This document shows positions 12,336-24,610 of a stretch of DNA of 64,000 bases, piece after piece. Made by a program: the position numbers and the translations under genes. The notes below the pieces were generated by a model, which saw only the letters and a program-made list of their open reading frames with translations, did not search any database and had not been told where the DNA came from. Source of the DNA: Ophelia neglecta (taxonomy: Eukaryota); NCBI GenBank assembly GCA_965285935.1, contig OZ260664.1, positions 78,244,001-78,308,000 on the forward strand, given 5' to 3'. Positions within the stretch are counted from its first letter, which is position 1; each line of letters starts with the position of its first letter.

Positions 12336-12444
12336 CTGGTTGCAGCTTTCCTGTTTTTCGCATAGAGACTGGTATTACTCCAATCATCAGCACCACGAGC
12401 GTGAAGGAGACGGTCATCTTAGCACCAAGAGTATAGGTATCCAT
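12336..12444 (-). CDS. First coding exon (signal peptide) of a multi-exon secreted/cell-surface Cys-rich protein gene
   Basis: ATG in ACAATGG context. Encodes MDTYTLGAKMTVSFTLVVLMIGVIPVSMRKTGKLQP (basic residue followed by a hydrophobic core). Ends at donor CCAG|GTAGGT in phase 1, matching the phase-1 acceptor at 9399. An upstream acceptor tttctcctcacgcag| at 12618 could open the exon in the 5' UTR. Confidence 0.7.
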
Positions 12445-14400
12445 TGTCAAATCTTACATTCACTTTACTCTCATGTGCGGCTATCCATTTTGCTTATGAC
12501 AGGACAACGTTTCTATCACTACCACACTATCACTGATTAAATCATACCATTGTCTACACTAGTCACAGTAATACAATTAAGCTCTTCTCAATGTGCATGG
12601 TTGAATGTTGTTTCGAGTCTGCGTGAGGAGAAAGTTCGGAGAAGTCGACGAATACTTCTCAGTTACCCGAGTAAATTAAATCACCTTGCTTCTCATCGAT
12701 TTGGTCATTATCCACCAACGTGTTCTAGAGATTTTCTCAGTGCGCTTAGACTTCTGCAAAGCTATGGTACGCCAGGAAGTTGCTACTTCCGGTTGCCTTT
12801 CTGGGTATTACGTGAACACGCGTCTGCTGGGAAAAAATCCACAGTAATTGTTAATGGATGAAAATGTATACCAAATCTCTGCCTCCAGCACTCCCAACAA
12901 TTGTTTGTTAAGGGTAGCTAGTAGATAAAAGTGATGTTCGCGTATTGCCTTTTTTGAAATTCAGTTAAAAGAAGCCTCTTTTACATCGTTCTCTTTCCTA
13001 ATTAGGTTGTCCTTTAGTAAGCCTCGCAGCTGGATTGAGTGTTAATTATTCACCGGCCTTCTTCCGTCATCGGCAGTGAAAAGGCTGTTAGGGTAAACTG
13101 ACTAACTATTGCGCCCCTCGCAGGTGAAAACATGAGCGGTATCTGTCGGCGAGGCGCCTTGCCGCTCTCCGGTTTTGTTCTATGCTCGTCCGTGGGCGCA
13201 GGACGCCGGCTTGGGGACCCGTGGGCAGTGCCCGCCGTTGTGTCGAGACATCATTGCGTCCACCAATATGCGGATAATGCCTACAGGCGGCTGGTACTCT
13301 TATTGACAAGGAGAGCGAGACAAATTAGCCTCGCGGCCATTAATCCATTGCCAGTGATAGCGACTGGCGCTATGTCAACGGCTCCGGGGTCAATATGAGC
13401 GCCTGCGAATGTACAACATTACAGAACAGGCCAACATAATCACTTTACTCTGGTAGTAATTTATCATTACAAATCCCCCCAGCATCGGGCAATTATGCCA
13501 CTGTTCTGTGTCAGCCTAGCGAGTGATAACGGCAGAAGGCATTTTAATTCAGTAAACTCCATTATAAACAATGTCAATAATGCAAATAAAGCGAAAACAT
13601 CTCGACATTAATGGCCATTATTGCTGAGGCGAATTGTGCAGCTCACATCCATTTCGACTATTGAAAAACGGAACTTTTCTATTAATTCTTTTTTCATTAG
13701 TTCGATAACAGGAGACATGCAAACTGGAAAACTGCAAGTTGTTTTTGAGGGTATGGCTAAATTGCAGACAGAGCAGAGCAAATAAAGAAACTTGATTTCC
13801 TATGAATAACGAACTGAGTACATCACAGGATGGTCGAGCTCCGAGCTAGGACAATGCATAGCACTTACCAGGCCTAGTTTATGGCAGATCTATGCTCATA
13901 CGCGGAGAGTTACAATCGGTGATATTGGTAAATTTCCTGGCGGCACTTTCTTGGGGATTAGCGTACTTTGAATCAGTGCACCGGAGCAGGATAATGCTTT
14001 ACTCTCCTAGCCAGTGCACTTCACGCGTCATTTGACAAGCTCGATACACGACATGCAGTGGCAAAAGCGAGGCGAAAATCTGGGAATTCCATCGCCCATT
14101 TCAATTCGATCGTCTGCCTGATTTACCCGCGCCTTTTATTGCAGACGGTCTGAGTGGAAACTCGCAGATTTATAACAAAACTTTGTTACTGCCAACGGAG
14201 CGGAAATCACTTTACCTTATATAGACTTCCCGAAATTGGTTCAAAGATTTGAAGCACTATTAGGGAAACGATAACTCGTTGATCGGCATTAAATGGTTCT
14301 TAGAAAAGCAATGGCTAAAATTAATAAGGTAACATGATTGTAATAATTTCATCTTTCAAGCCGCCCCCTCTCCTCCATTGTAATTTAGTACCACTATCCA

Positions 14401-15721
14401 CACGGTGGCAGACATCCCCGCGGTCTCACCCGCACATTTCACGTAGCGCGCTCTCTTTGCGTTGGCATCGCGCCATCCGTTGCATTTTCAATGGCTGCGC
14501 CTGGACCCGTGGAGCATCATCGGTAAAAATTAGCCTTCCTTTACAACAAACAACGTCTGACAAGTTATTCCAATAGGCCCACCGTACTCCCCAGTGTTTC
14601 GAGTAATCAAACACCCACTGTCATGATCGTCTTTGCTTGGAGTCAATCAGCAGACCGCTCACAGTTCCGCCGTATCGAAATCGCACGTAGGCGATGTTAA
14701 GGTTTAAGGAAAATATTATCTATATTTGGTACTTGCATTGTAGGTTTTCAAGTAAGCAACAGCAATTAAAAGCGTAGGCCTAAATGCTAAGGGATCAATG
14801 ACTATCGTTTCTAAAGCCCAAAAGCTATGAAAAATGGAAAATATCTTAATGAAATGGCATCGCGCTCTCAAAGCGCATACAAGAAATGGCACCGTGCTCT
14901 TGGTTCTTGTTTCTCCCGCAATACACGATAAAGAGGCCTGGTATTACAATCAAATCGATAGAAACTACAGTGATAGTGTCATCGTTTCGTATTCCCTTAG
15001 AAGTATTATCATTAGAAATTCGTTTTTATTGCAGAAGACAGGATGAGTTCCAATTTTACGGAGAGGCAGCTCTCACCTCAACTTATATCGGCCTAAACGC
15101 CATTAGGTTGTACCTTCAACGCCCGCGAGTTTAGGCTAACATCCTCCTCTGTTCAAGACCCCTGGAAATCCGATAATCAGTGGCGAACCCCAACAGAAAA
15201 ATGTTCCCTTGAAGCCTCAGAAAAAAAACTGAGAATGCGGTTCCACGCGCTGCTAGACGCGCTGTATCTCTATTTAGAGTGTTTTGGTTGTTTAAACAGG
15301 CTTTTGGTAATAATCCGAATGCTAAGTATAACAATAGTTGGCATATGAATATTGCCTAGCATGTCGCCAAGGGTTTAGTTTGGCTGGGATAATTTATTAT
15401 TAATTTCTCCCTGTCTTTCTGAGAGAAAGCCGCACTTGTGATTTCGATGCGGCGGAACTGTGAGCGGTCTGCTGGTCGACTCCAAGCAAAGACAATCATG
15501 ACAGTGGGTGTTTGATTACTCGAAACATTGGGGAGTACGGTGGGCCTATCGAAATAACTTGTCAGACGTTGTGTGTTGTAAAGAAAGGCTAATTCTTACC
15601 GATGATGCACCACGGGTCCAGGCGCAGCCATTGAAAATGCAACGGATGGCGCGATGCCAACGCAAAGAGAGCGCGCTACGTGAAATGTGCGGGTGAGACC
15701 GCGGGGATGTCTGCCACCGTG
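14401..15721. mobile_element. Non-autonomous Transib-like DNA transposon with long TIRs
   Basis: TIRs at about 14401-14687 and 15435-15721, with the outer 112 bp identical. Termini CACGGTG...CACCGTG. 5-bp TSD ATCCA at 14396-14400 and 15722-15726. No transposase ORF inside. Confidence 0.85.
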
Positions 15722-16012
15722 ATCCATACCTCCGTCCACTTTAGTTTTACGATGTTTAGGGTTTGTTTCCTCCCAATTCGGTTTATAATAATCCGCTAAT
15801 TAAGTATTCTTTAAGTGCATGAATGCACAACTCTGTAATAAACCTGATCTTATAGCTCATAGGAAAAACAATTGGAAAATAAAATAAACACACATGCTGC
15901 CAATATAATCCGATTCGGACTATTGCACCTGGCCTTGTTTATGACAAGTTAAATGAGTTTAAGTTTAATAATTTCTTTTTTTCCGGTCAGCTCGCGATTG
16001 GTTAATCTGGAT

Positions 16013-16542
16013 TGTTCCATTGACGGGCCTCGTTGTGGGATTTGGTCTTGGCTGTTCCATTGACGGGTCTCCTTGTGAGATTTGAGATTTGAGGGTTCAA
16101 TTTACGGGCCTCGTTGTGAGTTTCGACCTTGTCTTTTCTGTTTGTTGTAACATTTACCGGTCTCTTCGGTTGCTACTTCGTATAAAGGCCATATAACGAA
16201 TGTATCCCTCGGAAGGTTGGTTTTTGAAGAAAAATTTCCCTAACCAAAGGCAGTTTAGGAAATACCCCTATAACCAAGGGTCTTATATTTAATCAGTTTC
16301 TCTAGCCAAATGTCTTGTTTCTCTGACAAGTAGCTCTAAAAGTTAACTCGGGGTGTTTTGTCATATTTCCCCAAACAAGGAAACACCCCCCCCCCCACCT
16401 CCCCGTACTTTTGAGGTTGGCTATTGCCTTTACTGGACTGCTCGTGAGTTTGTGCTTGTATCTTCCATTTGCTGGACGACTCCTGAGTTTGAATTTGGCT
16501 GTTCCAACAGTTGGACTGCTCGTGCGTTTGAGCTTGGCTGTT
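16013..16542. repeat. Two related short degenerate tandem arrays (39-42 bp units) at about 16013-16128 and 16417-16542
   Basis: TGTTCCATTGACGGGCCTCGTTGTG... x3 and TTGGCTGTTCCA....TGGACTGCTCGTGAGTTTG... x3 (period 39). Confidence 0.7.
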
Positions 16543-17850
16543 ATTACTGTACAATAGAATGTCATGTTCCACCTCGATTACTCATCGATTGTTTGAGACA
16601 GGGGATACATCCAAATCAGATTGGAGGGCTCACTGGTGGCTTCCCTGTGGACATCAATAAATGAAAAGATGACAGACTTTGATTGGATTTTAGATAAGGA
16701 TTAAATGCCGGAAGATTTCCGGATCCTCAGTCAAATGTACAATTATAAAGATTCACTTTTATATCCGCAAGGGCAATTTTTCACCATTTATGCTAGTCGT
16801 GACAAACTTTGTCTCCTTAAAATGTTGGTTAAAATTAAACACTTCGCCTGCAAAGGGTGTCTTCGTTAGAATTAAGTTCACAGTGACTGAATAAAATCAA
16901 TAGCAAAACGATGAACATTAAAATGGCAAATGTGCTTGTTCTCTCCGCTGAATCCTTAGATATCTGTGTGTGTATGTGGGGGGGGGGGGGGGGTAGGGGG
17001 GGGGGTATTAAGCGATGAATATCCCAGCTCAGGAAAACCAGGGATTGAAGTTTGTCTCAAACTTTGTCGCATCCACGGATTAGGTTTCCGTTCATGTCAA
17101 TCTGTGCGCGTGGTCCAGAGGGCAGTGTAATCTTAGGTAAAGCTGAAATGTCCAGGTTGCTCATCACGTATACCCTCGGGTAAACATACTTCAGAATATG
17201 TTGTTAAGCACGATTTACTGTATATTATTAATTCTAACTCCGCCTACATTTAAATCCGCACATCCCCTACAATCCTAGATGTACAAGGATAAAGTGTTGA
17301 ATAATGTTGGCCATTAAACGATACGAGATGGTAGGGAGGAGATGGATAAATCATTACCATAGTCACAAGTAGCTTTGGGCCGACCTCAGACAAGAAAATC
17401 ATTTACTTTCCTTAAGGTCAGCGGGCAGACGGAGATGTATTGAGAAAAGCCATAAATGTAATAGTCGGACCATTATGCCGCATATCGGACACTTTGTTGA
17501 AGCATGGTATCAAAACATGTAGGCCGAAGTGTCAAACCAATTGTAAACGGAAACTTTAAATGGGAAAATAGTGAAACTTTCCGTTTCCTTTAGCTATTTA
17601 ACCGAATTCTACAAATTCCTGGGTTAAGTATAAAGCTATTTAGGTGCGTTGTGTTTGGAGAATGCAAATCAGGCATTTGGGTGATGTTTCAATGATGCTT
17701 TCAGTTGAAATTTGCTTGTTAATTTATTTATTAATTTGGGATGAGCGACTAACGTGCGAACGCTGGGTCAACCAACGCATCGCAACAAGTCGCTCGTATA
17801 CCCGTTCACTTGTTATTAAATATAGACCTGGTCTGATCTCCACTCCTTAC

Positions 17851-18284
17851 CATGTCAAGTATCGCTCAATGGGACATTCAGTAGGGTGGTGCTGATTGTG
17901 GTATCGTGCCTGCATTGTCTTACAGTGCTCCCTTGTGCAGTTGGGTTGGTCATTCTGGGGCTGTTCAATAGGGGAGAGGAAAGTGACACGACAGAAATGT
18001 CGCTCTGGCCATACATTGGTCTACTACGTCCGCAGTATCGCCGGCATTTGGGGGTAAATGCCAAAACTGAGAAGCGAGGCAATACCCCGCGCGGGACATA
18101 TCGTTATCCGAGCCGCAATGTGGAAAAAACAATTAACCGCAGACAAAGGACCGGAAACAGTTTCCCTCGTGGGCGGTTGTCATTAAGGTACGGCAAACGC
18201 TGGAGAATGGGTGTTGGTATTTGATTGTACAGAGGTAGCTCGTTTGTTTTAGTTTATGTGAAGCCTTTGTTCACCTTTTATATA
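17851..18284 (-). promoter_or_regulatory. Candidate TATA promoter and non-coding first exon for the minus-strand gene
   Basis: TATATAAAAG on the minus strand at 18284-18275, followed by a ~400-nt relatively GC-rich stretch ending at donor CATG|GTAAGG (17851/17850). Confidence 0.3.
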
Positions 18285-21200
18285 GGATAGGCCTATATGC
18301 AGTCCACGGTTAGTTCAAATGGTTAACAACCATACCAACACCGTACACGACGGTCTCTCCGGTAGTTTGCTATTTATTTCGGTCCACTTATGTCTTATTT
18401 CAACTGTATTTCACTCCAATAAACGACAGTTCCCGATGGTGGCATTGGTGTCATAGAAAAAAAAAAAAAACATGACCAACAAAGGACCCAGAAAACCTCG
18501 TCTTCTTGACATGACCTGCAATGGGAATTATCGATTAAAGTACCTTATTCTATTTCTTTCTCATTTGAGGACACGGTTTTCTTTCACTCGATCAATGTAA
18601 ACACGTTTTACACAATTGACTGCAATGGCACTTGTCATTTGCCATATAACAACTTCAATATAACGATTGAAGCCTGCAAACTCACTGAGGCAAAACCAAA
18701 TTATCAAATTGGCTTTAATAAACTGTGCTATCTTTCCAGGTGATTTGACAAAGAAAATAACTCCAAGTGTTTCTTTAACGTTTTAGCCGTCTCTCTTCAC
18801 AGAGTGTGTGTGCATTGTGGAGATAGTGACAGTACTGGCTCAATCTCAGTTTAAACCCATATGACATAGATGGCATTCCTTAACCATTACGTATTGTCTA
18901 ACTCAATTTCATCGTATTAATACGGCATTTTGATTAGTTTATTAATTATCAATTTAGCATCTTATTTAAAAGATATACTATGGAAATATTTATTACTGAT
19001 GAGGACATAAGATGTGGTATAGATTACTAGATAAAGATGCTCTAGCACACACTTAGCCAGGAGGGTGGGGTTGGATAAGTGGGTCACAAAAGTAATCCCT
19101 GACCGGGTGAAGCTTGGCAATGTGTAATTGTCATGCCTTTGCTGATGCGACAACCTATGGGGTCCTGCTGAAAAAGATAGTGCTCCCTAGTGCATCTATC
19201 GTCGTCCAGTGTTCGCTTTTAGCACGACCCAACCGTTTGTCGGATTGACTCTGGACAACGCCACGATGTGTCGCTCTAACCGCTAGCCGATGCAGGCAAC
19301 AGTGCAAATGGTGAGGATTATATTTGTGTTTTTACGGAAAAGCCGAACACACGAAAAATGTCCACATGAAAAGGGTAGGATAAAAAATCTACAAGCCGAC
19401 TTATTTCCTTAAATGCGCCGATACTACCCCGTTCACAGTGGTCGTACGATAGATGTGTACACGCATTGATATGATGAGTGACCTAAGCGTGCGATAACTT
19501 TGTTACCTTTTCACATAGCATTGTACCCCGATACCCCGATACCCAAACCAAATGCATGGCAACTCTTAATATCCAACGAAATATGTGAATGGATCACGGT
19601 ATGAATCACACGAACAATAACCATACACAACTAAATATATATAGAAAAATTATGGCTGTTGCATTGTGACAATGAATTAGGATTAACAATTTAGTTTCAT
19701 TAGTCTACTTGAAATAAATAAATCTTATTAAATCTGACTATTATTATTTGATTCGACATCATAACCCACCTTATTTCAAAAGACTTTCTCTGAGTTGCCA
19801 CATCACGAGAAATAATAATATCCTTTAATAAAAGGACCTTATTTTATGTCTTGATCATGTAGAGCATTTCTTGTAAATTAACCACTTTTTTACATAAAAA
19901 AGAGATTCTCCATGCATATTATGCACATTTGTGATCATGCCCAGATCATAATTATACCTCCTTTCAACCAATGAGTTATTATAAGTATTTCACATGGACA
20001 TGTCGGGTGAACTCTGGACGTAAATCCTTACATAATCCATAGCCATGCATCGAAACGAGACTGAATTTCTTAATGCAATACACGGTTATTTCCTTACATA
20101 TGGGACGGAATTTCTTGTTCATATAATTCTTTAACCCGAGAGAAATATTTCAATAGTACCTTTAACATTAATTAATTTGACCCAAGCGTGCATGCCCAGA
20201 TGCTTATCAGTGCTGTCTCATTTGATATTTTTACGATCGCAATTGAATGCATTTTAACATTTATAGATATAGGCAAACTTGCCAATTTACACTTTTCCCT
20301 TATAAAATACATTCGGTTTGCTTTAGTTTAAAGATAGTTTGTTTTTTCCAGGCCAGTTTCTTACAATACTGAGATGGGTGTACCTATATGAATCATGTTA
20401 AAAATTTGTCACCGGCACTCTTCCTCTAACAAGAACCGAGTCATCATTATATAAAACATCAAAAAACTACAATGATGAGCCACCGCAGACGATAAATCAT
20501 TTTAATAAGCCAGGAACTACACAGATCCAAGATTTGAACACTGTGAAACGAGGAGCATTCCGGTCATTGGATCAAATTATATAACAGAAACAATTTGTTT
20601 TGCGTTTGATAACAAAAGCTGATTACAACCATGCATCCGGGTGTTCATTGCGACCTTTAAAGGCGAGTTTTGACATTATATAATTTTTAAAGCCGTCGAT
20701 AGACCCAATAATATCATACCAAATGCGCAATTCTAAATCACTTTTTCCTGGTAAAATATTGGAACATTGCGTTAGCTTTTGATTTCCGTATTTATTTTCT
20801 AGGTCTAACTAATTAGATTAAATTGATTGTGGGGACAGCTGGTTCTATACAGACTTAATATGCTGCAACTACCATGAATTCGGAGAGAATCTATCAGGCC
20901 GCTTTTCTAATATTGTCGAAATTGCCACTGCCACTAGCTGTTTACAAAATTAACTTTTATATGATTTCATCTATGTGGAATATGGAAACTGGAAACAGTG
21001 AATCATCGTAACGGATTTAATAAAAGGTTGCACGAAATTTGGGGGACCTTTTCGCCGCTACACAGCAGCTTTATTATTTTACAGGTGATAAATGACACTA
21101 CCTGGAGAAAACATATTCGCCGGTATTACGTCTTAATTTGCCACAGGGTTGTTCCATATATGCAGTGATGAGGAATTGCAATGTGAATTTATACAAAGAA

Positions 21201-24200
21201 AACACGCATCTTCAACATACGCATAGAAAGGATAATACATTTAACAGCAAGAACTTGACAGTCGGGCCTAGCTACAAGAATACGGATGGCAAAATTACGT
21301 TGAAAAGGTCGAACAACTTACCTGCAGGAGCTGATTATCAGGGTCCCCTTTACTCCTCATGTTAAGGGTGGCTGATTGGTATTTAACTGACAGAAAGGCT
21401 CAAGACCACAAACGTAGCCCAAGTTAGAAGACATCTTGGAATATGATATAAAGGAATGAAATGGAATGGGAGAACGTCCATCAAAATCCCTCGGAATAAT
21501 AATATGAAAATAAATTAAGCATGTGGGTGGGGGGGGGGGGGCACTCGAAATCCCTTACCATAAATCAGTGCCCTTTGTGCCCCGAAGTTTACTACTAAGA
21601 AAAAAGAAAGGGGGTAATTTCGTGAACAATATCGGGGTCATTGAGTAGAGAGTACCATAGCTTTATTAGAACGCTGATTTCCACGCAGGCCTGTTAAGTC
21701 AGCCCCGGGAGTCAGCCTGTCATGGCCACAGTTGGCAGCTTGTTTTAGTTCTATGTTGGACCACAATAAAAGTATCAAACGCTCCTATTTTATTCCGAAC
21801 TTGCTAATGGGGGTGGGGGGGGGGGGGTTGCTTCGGTCGGTGTGTTATTTAAACCTATTCAATCCCAGTCTGGTCAGTTTCCAAGCGTGGTTGCCCTAGC
21901 TGGGCGTGTCTCCTCACGCTGCCAAGATGAATGGAAATGCCAGAGTCAGTATCGGTACCTGAGCTGGGCGTGTCTACCCACGCTAACAAGGGAGAGGGGA
22001 AGTCGGGAGTCGATGTCAGTATGCATTAGAAACGTATAGCTCTGTTGTTTGTGAAATCTACTTGGATAAAAGACACATTATTCTTCTGACACTGGCTGGA
22101 CGCCCCTCCACCCACGTTTGTCTGCGCTGTGGCGTTGAGTTTTTATTATGTCAATTCAACCGCTTTAGTCAAGTTAGTGATATATTAAGTACGCCAGTTT
22201 GCGTGTTTCTGCCACATTAATTCACACACACCACAGGCAATTCACCATGTCCCGTTCATTATAATCTGACCGAACACGTCCTTTTCTGCTCCAAAAATAT
22301 AAAGTAAGACAAAAATAATTTGTAAAACCGTCACAAGTGCAGACCTGTTTTCATTATTAGACGTTTATATAAATGTAGCACATAGCTTTCCCTAAATTCT
22401 CCTAATTATTAGCTTTATTTTGTAACACAGCAACCCGATAGAGAACCTTCACCAACATGTGACTGCGACGAATCTAAAAACTGCACGCTTAGTACTATGG
22501 AACTGAACCTTTGGACCAAAATTAAAGTCGGAATTACCATAATGTTTGACTAATTTGAGTTAATCAAGAGAAGAATTTGTCATTGTTTGACTGGTGCATA
22601 GCTAAACCGTAACGGCCACTTTTTCATCTAGAAAAGAGCAGATATTGCAATAGGTAATAGGTTTTCGTTGTGGCTTCCAGCATAATATAATTCCCCGGTG
22701 TGATTTTGGTAACATTGGTCGCTCGTGGTCTTTTTCTTGGAAACTAGCTTGTGATTGAGGCTATAAGCATTAAAAGAAACGTCTATGAATATTTATGACT
22801 CCTTGCCAGAAAATATTATGCTGCCAATGTCCTTAGTTTCACAACTTAACCACAAAACGTCATTAACGTATCTTAAAGGACACATTGTCCTTTTTAATCC
22901 TTTTATGTGGGTTCGTCTAGAGAGTTCGCAATGTTGTCAACGAGATTAGAATGTTCACTTAAAGCACACCATCTTAAGTTTTTCTGGAAAATGTCTTTTT
23001 TATTTGCTGCTTTTTTGTAGTTCATTGTGCCTAACCTGTTGTTTAACATGTTCCCGGCGTATTTAGTGTTTCTTCCTCTTAATTACATTTGATAAGACTG
23101 CTAAAGAATCATACTTCCATCAGACACCGCCTTATTTGGCCATTGGCGATATCGAGCAATACATCGTTTGTAGCAGGTCAATCTGGCCAGGCATGTCCGA
23201 ATTTCAGAAGGAAAATCAGTGTGCATTGATGTGATCAGTTTTTAGTATTTGGGCGTATATGGCAGAATCGTATTTGGCTAAATCCAAAACACGGATTAGT
23301 GTTACAGTATTGCGTCGTTAATGAACAACGGTGTCCGAAATACGACACATATTACTTTTGGCATGGCACTCATTGATTACGCTAGTAATGATATATCACG
23401 CCATAGATTATGATTATAAGTTTTGAAGGTAGTCCATATGCTAAGCAATTTAAACATTGGTTCCTTTAAGCCGTAGATGAACCTGCATTGGAGCAAGGTA
23501 ATTGCCGAGTTGTTGTTTTCCACTAAAATATATATTACTTCACAATATTAAGTCACATATGAGAGCTGAATAAAAATTGTGTAAAATAAAACATCATGTA
23601 TCCCAAGTTTCTTTGTTTCTAACAAATGATATGGTTTCCCTAGAATAAATAAGCATTTCCAAGCATAACATTTTATTTTAAATGCCCGGTTAGATGAGTT
23701 GCTATCTGAAAGTTGCCTATTCCGTGCCACATATGAAAACAAGACTTTATACTCAGAACGGCCAAACGTCTAAAAACTATTTTTAACTAGACATATTAGC
23801 ATGAAAGGTAATTACCTAGTATTAATATGACAAAAACGAATTTAAACGATACTATATTACATTTTGCAAGACTAATTAAAATGTTCATTGTCAGATATAA
23901 ACTTTATTAGGCCATATTCTTTCTGAAATATCTCCTGTTTGTAATATTTTGCTTTCGTTTACCGAATTGCTCTTAGATATCGACTTCTAATATTTTCTAG
24001 CCCCATCCCCCCCCCTCTCCCTCCACCCCCCCCCCTCTTTATGAATGGGGCGTCCCTAAGTCACTTTCCCAGGCATTGGATCTATGATCCATTGTTAGAA
24101 TCAGGTAAATGTTGATTCGGTGTTGGCTAGCTAACGCATGTAAAGGTGATTGATATAGTTTGGTTATACATACGATTCCTGAATGTTGGTTGATACAAGT

Positions 24201-24431
24201 CAGAATACAAACCTTCTGTTGTTACCATTATTGTGCAAGATTATTGTGGTATTTTGGTACCTAGCAAATAGTTCTGTATAACTAAGAAAATGAGACAACA
24301 TATAAACCCTGAAAATAGTATAATAAAGTCCCTATCGTCTTACATTACAAAACATGCACGCAAATAAATGAATATTATGGATCAGTACATCATGGATCCC
24401 ACCGTCACTCACCTCAGTAAAAATATATATA

Positions 24432-24610
24432 CAGTGAAACCTGTCTAATCAGGTCAGTCAAGGGACCGGAATAAAGTGCCCACATTATACAGGTGACCTT
24501 TATAGGCAGGTCCCTTAATACAGACATAGATGGGGAGGAGGCTTTCATTTAGTGACCTTAGTGGACAGGTTACCTCATTACACAGGCGGCCAAAAAGCCA
24601 GCTTTCACTG
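24432..24610. mobile_element. Tc1/mariner (pogo/Tigger-type) MITE, 179 bp
   Basis: TA|CAGTGAAACCTGTCT ... AGCCAGCTTTCACTG|TA, with internal repeated ACAGGT motifs. Confidence 0.8.

Noticed and set aside
14426-15696. Twin 62-aa ORFs (MFDYSKHWGVRWAY...) on opposite strands
   Set aside because: They are the two arms of the transposon TIR read inward-out, start at GTG and have no protein-like features.
16302-16664. Three stacked ORFs
   Set aside because: Explained by a 39-bp (multiple of 3) tandem repeat and a C homopolymer run.
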